Assembly: GCA_030141605.1 (NCBI GenBank)
Contig: JAQGDQ010000042.1
Location: 806,001 to 870,000 of the forward strand
Source: Tubiluchus corallicola
Taxonomy: Eukaryota > Animalia > Priapulida
DNA length: 64,000 nt
Direction of reading: 5' to 3'
Made by a program: the position numbers and the translations under genes. Below, in pieces: positions 1 through 32,305 of the stretch. The stretch's first letter is position 1. Every line of letters starts with the position of its first letter. Below the pieces are notes generated by a model, which was not told where the DNA came from, made no database searches, and saw nothing but the letters and a program-made list of their open reading frames with translations.

Positions 1-1225
1 GGGGATAATTTTTTTAAAAAAGCTTAAGGCTTTGCCAACTGGCAATAAACCTGTACAGGAACATACTAGAAGAAATTGGGCATCGACTAACGGAATTGGA
101 TTTTCGACCCTCCCATTTGCGTGCAAGATCGCGGCGAAAACATTATTTCGGAAAAAACTAAGGTTCCGCCAGTTCGCAACGGATCGTCACAAACTTGACA
201 AGGGTGTACTAGAACAAATTTCGCACGTGCCATCTTGAATTCTAGATATCAGCAATAACATCATTTTCGAGAAAAGATTAAAGCCCCAGCAATGGGCTAC
301 GAATCCTCATGAAACTCTACAAATATATTAGGGCTAATTTGATGTTGACTCACTGATCGGATTTTCGATTTGCATCTTAAATTTAAGACGGCGGCACTGA
401 CGTAATTTCTAATCCACGATCTTGAGTTCAGCGAGACCCTGGACCAATAGTTCGAGTTGAACTTGTTTAGTGCCATAAGCTTCGAGGCCCAACATGAGAG
501 TAAATTGAGAAATAGTCGAGTTTTGTAAATTATCATTCCATTAAAACCTAAAAATTAAAAATGTTATAACGCTGTGGAATTTTGAAGAAATGTTTGAGAA
601 ATTTGCGGAGTGTAGAACTGTATAATCTTGTACTGCCCAACGTTGAAGCCGATGAAGCAGGTGCGTTTAACAATACTGGCCAATGCTTGAACTTGCTAGT
701 TGGCTTTATTTCAATGTAGTAATTAAACTACTTTTGTTATCTTTTAATTTATACCACGTTTAAAGCCTACATATTTTATTAAAATTATTAGTGGTAGGTG
801 CCTACGTGACAGTTTTCGTGGTTACAGAACAAGACACTAGAAAATTGTCCAAAAGACCGGAATTGAGCAATTTTGTGCATTTTTCTTCATTTCACCGGTT
901 CAACTAAATAGCAGTAATTAGTTAAAAAACCCAACAATCCCCTATTTTCTCTGTAGCCGCAGAAGTAGTAAATAATGAACCTATTTCATTTTATTGTTGT
1001 GTCTTTACAAAAGCTCAAGTTTCTTCACGATTAAGAGAATTGGAAGTAGTCTATTGGAATCTTGGTGAGGTCGTCGTGTTGTCAGTTTAGGTTCAAAACA
1101 CATCTTCTTCTACTATAAGCTGAGAAATGACGAGAACTTAAAGGTCACATTTCGCATTTTTTTCTTTTTAGTTCACTAAACTAGCAACTACTGGCGTAAA
1201 ACGCATCATACATTATGAATCTCAC

Positions 1226-2654
1226 CTACAGCAGAGATTTAGCCTTCCAAATCTTCTAAAAAGTTAAGGGATATAGCTTTAGTAGTATTTGTAGGTGAAC
1301 TGAGAAAAGACAAAATTCAGCTAAGTATGAAATTTATTAGCATTAGCACTTATTTAAAATGAATTGTTCAGCGATATCTTCACTGCACAGTTTTACTTGC
1401 ATTTAAAGTAAATAGCATTGCACAAGCAAAGCAGAAAAATGAAGCACTTTTTAAGTTGTTAATATAGTGATAATAGTAATTTATTGACAAATGCCCAAAT
1501 AATATCATTTTACACCACCAAAACGTCTTTGGCAACGAACAACATTAGCTTACTGTTAAAATCAAAAATTATATAATTAATTATAGAACTATCTTATTTC
1601 CAAAGAAATCAGGGTACACATCTCGCTGTAATTTCCCTGAAAATATTCGCCTAATTCTTATTATTAGCTTTGCGTAAACAACCACAAAATAACTGGCAAC
1701 TTTTCTATAACTTAAGTTGTAGTTTGTGGAACAAAAAAGTATCAGCAGCTTAGGATAGCTTCGTTTGTACTCACTAAAAAGTTTTAATTAGCATTTCACT
1801 CATTATTTTATCACACATTTCTGAGTCAAAATTTAACATTTGTACAAAACAGGTGGAAAACGTAGTAAAGCCTCATCTAAATTTAATAGGTTCAGTAATT
1901 ACATTCTTAACATATGCGTTTCATGCTGAAGTTGATTACCACAATTGCATATATGGAAGGTTAATCACACACTAGAAAATTAAGTATCTGTCACAATTAC
2001 TGACGCACAGGACTTGTAGAACAGGTTTTATCACAACAGACACAGATCACAAGTTTCACTGGCTTACAAAAAATTTGAAAACCAAACGATTATATTGTCA
2101 AGTATTTTTTGCGAACTTATACCAATATTTTTAGTTATGTGTGTTATGCTTCTCAAATTATCGTTGTGCGTGTTGTTTAAGTACTTTATACTTATATTAG
2201 CTTAATGATTCTTATGCATAAACATATAGCTTGGTGACTGTTTTATACAAAACACATTGAGAGTTCTTGGCAAAACATAATATAAATTTTATATATTTGC
2301 AGTGTAAAATAAAGAATGAAAAACAATAATAAATTTATTATAGTAATACTACCAAAAGAATGTCATAGATTTAAGAAACGAAAGTTTATACACGAACGAA
2401 ATACAAGTGTTTGCAAGGAAGAATGAATGTTCTAACTTACCAATTTTGTTTTATGCATCTCTTTGTGATACGGTTCAGAAAAGTAATAATAAGTCCACGT
2501 GAAGTGAAGTCGTCGCAACTTTTGCAGAAATGGATTAAGGTAGTCGGTTGCCAGTACCATGATGAGCTGTACTGAGAACAAGAGCAATGAGCCAATACTC
2601 TTGCTGAAACTCTTGTATATTTGCAGCTGTTTTGTATGCTCCATGTATTACTAC
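1226..2654 (-). other. Candidate small spliced gene or lncRNA, divergent from the exchanger gene
   Basis: Exon 2654-2441 has a pyrimidine-rich acceptor (tttttgtctctattag) and a gtaagt donor. It contains ATG 2644 (MEHTKQLQIYKSFSKSIGSLLLFSVQLIMVLATDYLNPFLQKLRRLHF...). A 30-nt exon 1255-1226 would add KIWKAKSLL*. No recognisable homology. Confidence 0.25.
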
Positions 2655-3483
2655 CTAATAGAGACAAAAAGATTTTTTTTAAGAAAGAAAGTTGAAAATT
2701 CTCTACAAATTAAAGACGATTATGACGACCTGTCACAAAGTTAAATGACGTTTGCTAGCACTGACGGTGATATTAATGACAGTGATGACAACGGTGATGG
2801 TATTGGAGGCGGTAGTGGTTATGGTAGTGATGATGATGGAATGCTCCAACAGAGCAGTAAATGTCTGGAATGACATTATCGTTTTATTTGCATATCATTA
2901 AGATTGAAAATTCGGCAAAAAACACTTATCGAACCTGTAAATTCTGGTCGACAGAAGAAAATATATCTCCTTACTGCTGGATCAGTTTGCAACCACGGTA
3001 ATTGTACAACTTACATGCGTGTTAAAAATATATGATTGCCAAAATTTCTGGCTCTAAATGCAATTCGGTTCTGCCGCTGCGATTTTTGCCAGGGTCGCTT
3101 TATAACCCAGTGTGTAATGATCTATGTATTGTTATGGTTTTTTTGTGAAAATCTGGTTAATATAATTGCCATAAATTATTAGCGAAAAGAGGATATAAGA
3201 GGTCTTCTAGCTTTTTATAACATTCATCTACAGCTTTTACACATTTATTAACTTCAGACGTAAGACTAGGAGTAGATGCTTTATGTAATGTACACGCTCA
3301 AACCAGCGTTGCGTTTCCATGGCTAAATTGTTTATTCTTCAAAAATACAAATTTACTCTAGTCTGTAAATTTATTACATAATTATGCTGGTTAACTACAA
3401 CTATTACCTCTACAAAACTACTGAAGTACGTGCTGGAAAAGTACTTTTTACAGAGTAGTACACTAGACTATAGAAAACTAGAA

Positions 3484-4338
<855 letters not shown>

Positions 4339-5150
4339 CTGAAATATGGCGAGAAAATTATAACTTTGATATGGTACGTGCATTATATTTCGCTTTTGTG
4401 TTTGCATTTAATTACTCTCCATCTTTTGAGGAGTTTTTGGCTTCATTGTCGTTTTTAAATCTCGACAAATTTGCTCAGACGTTTTTAGTTTTTCATCCTA
4501 ACGAAAGAAGTTCGATATTAGCCTTTTTAGTGCGAGGATATTAAAATACCTTTAAATAGTAGAAAATGTTTGTTTTAATTAACTGCTGGAATACATTTTT
4601 TATTTGTTAGCTGGACGACGTTTTCTTTTTGATTTTACTCACTATATAATCGATTTTTGTACTTTTCGCCTGTCTGTCAACTTTAAGTAACTGTCATATC
4701 ATTAAACATTAAAACTGACAGTGGAAATCACATTTGTAGATAGTAAGTAACCCTTAGTAGACGTCATATCTCACATAAGTTTGTTTTTGTAGTACATTTT
4801 GCAGATATTTTGGCATATCTAGCAATTGTGTATCTTTTTAATCGCCTTATTTCATCAAACTACAGTTCAAAAATTCTAAAACAAGACAACTCAAGCAAAG
4901 CGAAACAAATTTTTGGCACTAAAATTATTTCCGGGGACCAAAAACTAAAGTTTTCTTCAAGCACCCTAGGTATGAATCGTCCCTTGGTTGTATCAGTAAT
5001 TGTAATTTGGTTAGTGCTTCTTTACTTTAGGCACAACGTGATCAAATCTCAACTATAGAAACTTGGGGTCGAGTCAGTATTGGTCTGATCAACACTATAA
5101 TTATCAAAGTATATCCATGTGCTACATGCGGGTTATTTTTGAGTTGCTTC

Positions 5151-23492
<18,342 letters not shown>

Positions 23493-23519
23493 AAAAGAAA
23501 CTGTTGTTTATAAAGCCAC

Positions 23520-24280
23520 TTTAGGACACAACCGTGTACTTTTATTGCTTTTTGTGACTGTTTTGAGGTGACAGTCCTTTGGTAGCATTTATGATAGTCT
23601 GTAAGGTCCTTATGACATTTTTGGGTGTTCTTCTGACTTCTAACAATCTATAGCGTACTTGTGACAGTCTGTATTACCTTTACGAGTCTTTCATGTTTTT
23701 GTGACAGTTTACATTGTAGTTGTGACAGTTTTTGATACCATTGCGAGTGGTGACAATCTGTACTGGTACGTGACAGTTGTTAATATCCTTTTGACACCAG
23801 TTTTGATGTTAATGTGATGCATAGTCCATTGTGTCCGCGTTTCAGGCTATAATACATTTGTGACAGTTTAAATGTTGTTGTGACAATGTTCTTGTAATTT
23901 TCTTGAATGTTTTTGTGGCAGTCTGTAATGTCCTTGTGACAACATTTGATGTTTTTGTGGCAGTCTATGGTGTTGTTGGGATAGCTTTGGGTATTATTTT
24001 GTGACAGTCTTTCGTGTTTTTTTGACAGTTTACAGGCCTCATGGCTATAATGCTCTTATGGCAATCATTAGTTCTCTCGCGGCAGTCTTTCGTGCTGACA
24101 GTCTTTCGTGATGACAGTCTTTGGTGTTGACAATCTTTTGTATTGACAATCTTTCGTGTTGACAGTTTATAGTGCATTTGTGACAATCTATTTGGTCCTT
24201 GTGACAGTCTATGTAGTAACTTTGGTAAAATTGACAGGTACACCGTTGTTGATGTACAATAATTGTGGCTGTCTATGGTG
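23520..24280. repeat. Degenerate minisatellite with a TGACAG/TGACAA core, just after the exchanger stop codon
   Basis: Many gtgacagtct-like units; clear 15-nt period at ~24080-24170. Confidence 0.7.
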
Positions 24281-25556
24281 TAGGCTTATATGAGACTTTA
24301 TTCTGTGATCTGTGCACATACGAAATTCATATCAACCGGACGCCAATATAGGATAAAAAATAATAAAAATGTATTGAATGGGTTAGAGCTTCGATGGACA
24401 AACGTTAGGTTTTTTGCATAATATTTTGACTGTAGGCAAATGAGTAAATTTTGCAGTAAGAATCGATATGATTAGTAAACCACCAATTTTTGAGCATTCA
24501 CGAACAAAGAAACGGCTGAATTAGCTTCAAGATTAGATAGCCCGAACAGCGTCTGTTTTTCTTGAATTTTTATTTTGTGAGTCATCGGTGAGTACACGAA
24601 GAGGTTAATTGTTGATTTCAAAACGTTATGATTGAATTAAGTGATAAAGATCCGTTCTTGTTACTCCAAATTGTGTGTGTAATTTGTGTCAAAGTGTAAA
24701 AATATTCGTATAGCAAAATTTAAGATAATTAATTAGCACCTCTAATGCTTGTAGTATATCTCTTTTGTGAATTCTTACCTATTTGTTTCTCTGAATTCAA
24801 ATCTGACAGCAGACAATATTCTTTGTTATATTATATTAATTCATATTTATGCCTAATTTTGTTGATTACTGCAATGCCGAATTTCAATTCACTGTTAAAT
24901 GAATAAGTTATAACTAAACCTGTAATGGACATGTACAAAAATTATGTCGATTTTTTATACACATGTATACTCAAATGTAATTTTATTGTAAACAATTTGT
25001 GTACTCTCTGTTGCAATTTAACATTTTTATCATAGATACAAGAGTTCGATTTAAAGAACAAATATTAGAAACATATTTTAATACGTTTTGAAATTTTGAA
25101 ATATCGTAAATTATTAATAAATAAATAAATAAATAAATACAAGTACATATGTTACTCAATTTCGTAATAGCAATGTTTCATAAAGAGTATAGAACTTGTT
25201 CAGAAATTAATCAATCATTTAATTGATTTAATACACTAATAAGCCTTGTTTAAATGTTACTGAAAAAATAGGCCTATCAACGCTCACAGAAACGGCGGTC
25301 TACGCCTAACACCCACACAAACTGTTTCTACTTTCGATTCCAGAATGATCGTGCACGCTAAGCCATACTTGACACGCATAAAATGTTTTCGTTTTCACTA
25401 CCATGAATTAAATTTTGACCAAACGTTTAAAAGTCACACGAAAAGGTGCTCCAGTACTTACTGCTCTGTTTACTGAAGAGGTGGCGATTGATAGGTAAAG
25501 TAATAATGAACTAGTTCTTCAAATAACATTAGTGGACTCAGAACGACACTGTAAGA

Positions 25557-27681
25557 ATGACTTTCACTGATTTACCACGTTTTAGTTCCCTCATCTTTTT
25601 ATTTTTGTATTGTTTGAGTTTTTCAAATACCGCTCCGTTACAAGATAGAGCTTTGCCAGACGACAAAATCACATTCGCTATAGTAAGTTCACTTTTTTAC
25701 AATTTGAAGCAATTAAAGCATGATTTAAATTTGTATTAGCCTTCGTATATGCTCTAATAATGTAGAACTGTTATGTCATAGATCTTCCTTCATAGGTATT
25801 CAGCTTCTGGACTTAAGTGATTACACTGACGTGTTTCAAGGTGTGTAGAAATGTGATTACGATATTTTGTTATTTGACAGGTAAACTGTAAATGAATTTT
25901 GTATTATAATCACGTCTGAAGCTTTAGTGATTCTAACGTTGGTCTTGCTCTAGGAATATTTAAAGCAGTATGGATATTTGAAGGAAAACTCCGATGAGAA
26001 GATAACAGCAGACGACTTGAGTTACGCTATCCTGTAAGCTTTTGTATCTTTCTGTACAACATTTTCTATGTACCGTTTCATTTAAGATGCTCCTCCCCAC
26101 AGCAGAGCTAACGTTTTTAACATGGCAGATAAGTTATTTTTAAACGTTTTGTTTTGCTGATTACAATGCTTATAAACGTGTTTGCTAAGAAAACAGTACT
26201 AGGTTCATCTGGGACGTAAAACGCTTAAAATTTTCGCAAAGTCTTTATTCTGTACATGTATATGTATTAATTTATAGGCCTTTATTTGTGGGTCAAAATT
26301 TCCGACGTCGTGTACTATATCATATAATAATAATACAATTACATGCAAAAATTCAAATCAATACAATTACAGTATCGTACAAGTATAAATCCGTAGCAAC
26401 AGTAATGACATAAATGACGTCAGTGCAAGATTACGTTTATTAATAGGATTCAGGTTGCCTTACTTTGACACTACCTTTAAAATTAGCAAACGTTTTTTGG
26501 AAAAGTGACATTGACAAATAAAATTTATTCATCAAAAAAGAACAAACAATACAATACTGCAGTTAGTTTTGAGCAGGATTTTTTAGACTACTCCGGTCCT
26601 TTGTTGACAAATACCCAAACCACTATCTAACAACCTAAAGCCTTGGACCAGCAGGCTTTTTCTGTGCTTCTAGATGCATGCTAGTTTTACCTACGTTTAG
26701 AAACGTTTACTTTTTTACCTACACCCAAAGACTTTTAATATAAACATTTTTACTTTTAACTGTTTAATACGCACAACTATAGACAAAAATACAAACAACG
26801 AAATTAACTGGAATAGCAATAAAATCGCTTTGTTTCTTGCGCTTCTGTTTGATGTATTAAACCGTTCAGTAGCATGTAACTGTCTCACCACATTTCATGG
26901 CCGTGTTTTTATTAGCAGAAGAAAATAATGCAAAAGAGACCGAAAAATTATTAGTACTTTCATTCTATGTGGCAGGTTGTTTCAGTCTCATTATGGTGTA
27001 TCAGATATTAGTAGCGGTGTATTAGACGACGCTACAATAGAGAAGATGAAGGAGCCAAGATGTGGAAACAGTGATGTAAAAGAAGTCGAAGAAAATGTTG
27101 TTGACTATTCTCAGCACAATGGTGTTCAAGATGCTTCAGGTATCACAACTGCACAAAGTAATTAATGTAAAGGAGAAGAAGCAAAATATTACTATTGTTA
27201 TGTATGATTAACTTTTTATTAATAAGATAATACAGTTTTCGCCCAAATTTGCAATCAGAAGTGACGTAAGAGATTTTTGCCTGTGATTTAAGGGACAAAG
27301 AAGTCTAGCGTTTTGCTTATGTAAAATTTATTTACACTCATTATTATGAATGTAATCCGCTATGATGCACTTTTGCTGCTTAGGACAGTTGTGCCCCAGA
27401 TGTTTGGGTGTCGGATGTTTGAGTTCCGTACATTTGGCCTTAAATATTTGGACCTCAGGGTTCAGACATTTCAGCCCAAACGTTTCGGCCCCGGATATCT
27501 AGGACCGCGAGATTTGGGCCTATTGAGCTTGAAATTTCACGACTTCAGTTACTAAGCGTTTTATGAACTCGCTCTTTAAGCTTCGAGGTGAAGAATGGGC
27601 AGCATTAATGCTGTATTGTTAATTGTTGCAGTTCTTAGCAAAATACGTGTATGCAACAAACGTTATATACTTATACTTAAT

Positions 27682-27726
<45 letters not shown>

Positions 27727-30700
27727 GTCATTCTTATTATTTTATTTCGTACAATAACATATACAGCCGTATTATTATCCGGAGTTTTAGATGTGTTCTA
27801 AATAAGATTTCTGTACATTGTAGTATAAAATTAAATTTATTTTAGTGAATTTTTTTGATCGCTGGAAGAGATGTGAGCTCACCTGGAAAGTTTTGCAGGG
27901 AGATCATAGAAGATCCATGGACGAACTAAAGTAAAATTTAATAATCACATTAACTTCACAATCTTATTAATAATGAAGATATGTAACATTTCCTTCAATG
28001 CATAGATTTTGATTAAATTATTATTATTATTATTATTATAGGTCTTTTATTTGCGCAGACATACAACCTTATAATACATTATGTACAAGTGGTGCCCTCT
28101 GTTTGTAGGTTAGTACAATCAAATCGAAACTTAAATACATATAAGTTAATACCATGAACAGGCTATAAATTATTTACAACGACTTTCTCTTCTTCGGAAA
28201 TAAATGAAATTAGCTGCTTTTATCTAATAATTTTGGTGAATTTGTTAGATAAAAGCAGCTAATTTTGAAGTTTGAATAAACGCAATAAATATCGCAAAAA
28301 ACAAACATTTTCATTGTAATCTTGCAGGCAATTATTAGAGAGATCCCTGCGTATTTGGATTGCTGCTGCTAATAAAGGAAGAAGCGTACCTGCCCTAAGG
28401 TTTGCAGTCTTAAGTGGCGTTTACCTAGCATCCGGAATGCATATGCGTTATCCACCTGTGGAATAGCTGCGGAATAAAATCAATAGGAATCGCTGCAGAA
28501 AAAAAACGCGTAATGCAAGTCTAGCAAACGGGTGCTTTGAAAACAACATTATCCGATTTTGTTTATCCCGCATCCACATTCCGAATGCTGGACAAACGCT
28601 GCTTTAAAATTTTGTCGAAAAATGTCATATCTAAGTGTAATGTCATTATCCTAGCTAAGCGTAATGCTAAGCAATATAACTTTGTATGGAAAGTTTTTGA
28701 GACATATTTTAAAATTCCCTTTTCCTCCTATTTAAGACAAATTTGAAGAAAACAACGTTATCTGGGAAGATTATTCAACCAATATCATTAAACTCAATTG
28801 TTTTGCATTTTAGTTTTCGAATCAAGATAACATTTTGTGTGAACTAACACATATACCCCTTACAGAGTAAGAGAAGCAACGGATGGTGAAGATGCAACTA
28901 TTAAGCTAGGATTTCTGCGTCGGTCTCATGGAGATTTTCTTGCGTTTGATGGCAGAGGTGGTACCTACGCACATGCTTTCTTTCCTGTATCTGGAAGAAA
29001 CTACAAGGTAATTTGAGTTGCTTAATCTTATCATTTTTCATGTCAGTAGCTTATCAAGTAGTTGCAAAGTCATTGTTTTAGTTGTGGGATTTTTTTAATA
29101 ATTATTACTATTCGTATCATTAACAATTTAATTTGAGTTAACTTGTTTTCACACATTTTCCATTAACACCCTTTTTGAGCAATCATTTTTTCAGAGGTGC
29201 TTAAATATTTTACTGGTATCAACGTCCCCCTACTGTGGCATTGGTACAGGTGGCGTTTGTTGGATTGTGTGCTACAAGGAGGATATCTGGGGCCTGCTCT
29301 GTCATGTTGGACTGGTAGCTCAGCTGATACAGCACAGGAGTACTAATCCCAAAGTCTCGGGTTCAAGGTCTAGGCCACAATTAGTAATAACCCAACTAGT
29401 CCAGCATCTTCAGCATTTCTAATTTTTCAGCATCTTCTTTCTTTCTTCAACTCATTAACTGCCCAATGGGTAAAAATTGTTGTAAAATACACCGCAGTGG
29501 TTTATTTAGAGCATTCTGGCATTCACAGTTGTAATCTAATTAATAATATTTGACTAGTTTTGCCAGCTTTTAAGTCAAAATAAGCGTTGGTTTGTTTGTT
29601 TGCAGGGTCGTATTCATTTTGATTCCGACGAGGATTGGAGAAGTAATTTTTTCCCGGGCACAGTGTTAAAGTACACAATGTTGCACGAAGTTGGGCATGC
29701 TCTTGGATTATATCACACTAATGACAGGTACAATTTTCTTGACTATAATCAATCACCTTGTTGCACTTAAAACGGGCTTATGTAAAGGAGTAAAATATTC
29801 ACCGGAGTGTCCAAAACCTCAACTTTTGTTTGCACACGTGATAACATACCCCACGGCGTCGTTTCGCTGAAAGAAACCACTCAAAATATGTAGCAAAATA
29901 TGCAGATGTAGCAGTTTTGGGGACTTGTGACTTACGTTGACGTCTGCCAAGTAAACATCAACTAAAGAACCTTGTTAAAAACGCCTAAGATTATTAAAAT
30001 CAATGTATAACTGTATTTCATGATTTCGTAATTTTGTTAGGTAATCGTAGGTGCATAGAGAAAAAATTGAATTAATTTGGTTTCTTGCTTTGCACAACTG
30101 AAGTATCATAATTGGTCACAAAATTAATTTTATTTTTGATTCACAGTTGTATGCGATCAGCAAACATAGTAGAACTATCTGAATCTTTCGCACAAGTTCA
30201 TATTTAAGATTTTTTAACTCCTGAGTCCGATGCCCTTTAAGCAAGGGCCTACAGCGTATATAAATAGATATAAACGAAGTAATAACTATTATGATTACAT
30301 TGACGTTTGATGTGTTTTCTGCACAGCTTTTATTATCGAATGCATGTTTACCGATGTTTGTTGCTATTTTCAGGCGTAGTGTCATGTATCCATTCATTAC
30401 CGGCTCTGCTAGGTTTAGGGAAGACTTGCAGCCCGAGGATATACAACGAATAAAGCGTCTGTATAGCTGTGAGTAGAACGTTATAGTAGTGAAGTGATTA
30501 ACTGTCCAGCAGCGGCTTTGAGTGAGATGAATGGCGTAAGACATAATATCTTCTAATAAAGTTTCACCATAGCTCCTGCATTGCTGAGTGCCTATTCTAA
30601 TCAGAATCTAAAGGTATTAAATAAATCTTTTGAAACTGAATGGGTGTACCTAAAAGTCTGGAATCATACGTAGGCTAACATTAACCTTAGTTCTAATCCT

Positions 30701-31120
30701 AATCTTAACCCAAACTAGGAGAATAATTTGGAAATGCTTGTGAATGAGCCAGCAACAAAATCTAATTGAGAACCTTCAGATCAATATACCCCCTGTTATT
30801 ATTTTGTCTGTTTCAGCTACGTTCCTGTTTCACGTTAATTATCATTCATTGTGACATTTGTTTAAATTTTTGCAGCAAACAATTTTTGTCGGCCGATATT
30901 TACCGAGTTTGCCGCCACCACAGCTGGTTTTCCAGTGACGTCATCATCACCAACAACACTAGCAACTCTATCTACAACAACTACTGCCTCTAGTAGAAGA
31001 GGTTTTCCTCGTCGCCGCCCATATAGAAGGCAGGGATATTACTACTGGCGTGTCTTTTGTCGTCCATACTGGGGTTGCCGCAGACGTTATTTCTTCCGTC
31101 CATCTCGTTACCGTGGATAA
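25557..31120 (+). CDS. Matrix metalloproteinase (matrixin, M10A), hemopexin-less, ~376 aa, 9 exons
   Basis: Exons 25557-25682, 25954-26033, 26976-27139, 27846-27930, 28328-28399, 28866-29007, 29606-29727, 30374-30468, 30876-31120 (1131 nt, in frame). Signal peptide, EYLKQYGYL, Cys switch PRCGNSD, HGDFLAFDGRGGTYAHAFFP, IHFDSDEDW, HEVGHALGLYHT, Met-turn SVMYP, EDIQRIKRLY. Confidence 0.93.
27682..27730. repeat. (ATC)n microsatellite
   Basis: Directly visible. Confidence 0.9.
28411..28608. mobile_element. MITE (Harbinger-like) in MMP intron 5
   Basis: Imperfect TIR ttaagtggcgtttacctagcatccggaatg / cattccgaatgctggacaaacgctgctttaa. Confidence 0.6.
29308..29377 (+). pseudogene. tRNA-like remnant or tRNA-derived SINE head
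   Basis: A-box-like ggtagctcagctga and B-box-like gggttcaaggtc; the stems do not fold into a clean cloverleaf. Confidence 0.5.
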
Positions 31121-31572
31121 AAGTACCGTGGATATTTTATTCGTAAGCTTCCTGCGCTCGACGAACAGTGGCATTAGTTTTTTGTATCAAAATTTCTTGC
31201 CTACGATTACTGATTTAAAACATATAGCTACAGTGACTGTCACGTGACAAGTACTTGACGATGACGTAGGTGATGATCAGATCGTAAATTATGTTCAGAT
31301 TTTCGTTAAATAGATGTATTACAACATGCAGTAATAAAAACTTAACCTATAGATTCGGATGATGATGACGTTATAGTAGTGGTGATGATGATAGTAATGA
31401 ATGATTTATATTCATTTTGACTTTTTAAAGTTTAATAGTCTTACAAGTTATTAAATACTGTTAACTGTGATCATTATAAGTATTTATTTTGCTAAACGTT
31501 TTTGTTAGTTATTAATTTTTATTAAGTTCCCTTATCTCAAATAAATAAATAATTATTTTAATTTTAATAATA

Positions 31573-32305
31573 ACTAATTGACAATGTTTCTGGAGTGGTT
31601 AGAAACTGAAGATTTTGCAAACAATAGTTATAAAATTGAACCTTATATATTAAGAGACGACAACCTTTTTTTGAAAGTGCTTATTTTCTTTTATCGAATT
31701 CAGCTTGCTTGAATACATAGGAAGTGCATTTCACAATGAAACCTCAGCATTTAACTGTTCAACTTATCACGCACGGGTTAAAGGTCAACCAATCTCGGCA
31801 TAGCTTATATCATTTAGTTTATTTCATTGAGAGCTTTCATTTGATATGCTACATGGTACTACTGCTCGACACTTGGTGCATTTGCTTCTCGACCCCTTTT
31901 TTCCGGTTTTTGCCCCCTACTGGGGTCAGAGATCAACCAGTCTCTGGGTAATTATTACCATTCAATTTATTTCATCGAGACCTTTGATTTGATACACTAC
32001 AAGCTAATTTCCGTTGACAATGGAAAGCATTTGTTCCCTTGACCACTATTTTGCCCCTAGTGGGGTAGCACGTTAACGATTCACATTGTAACCTATGCCA
32101 TTTGATTCGCCTCATCGGGACCTTTCGTTTGATATGCTACAAGGTACCATTGCTCAACACTTGATGCATTTCTATTTGCGACCCCCATATTTCGGTTTTT
32201 GCCTCCTAGCGGAAAATTTTCCTATACGTGCATGTCCCATATTTTGTGATGCACAAGGGTGCAACCCCAACTAGCTACATACTAAACATTGTGACCCTAG
32301 CTTAT
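31573..32305. mobile_element. Interspersed repeat family B, copy 1 (three internal ~145-bp tandem units; possibly Helentron/HINE-like)
   Basis: Collinear with 36948-37520 from aacta.ttgacaatgtttctg through ctagc.acatactaaa.attgtg. Confidence 0.8.

Noticed and set aside
29308-29377. Functional tRNA gene
   Set aside because: A/B boxes are present but the anticodon and T stems do not pair properly; treated as a pseudo-tRNA or SINE head.
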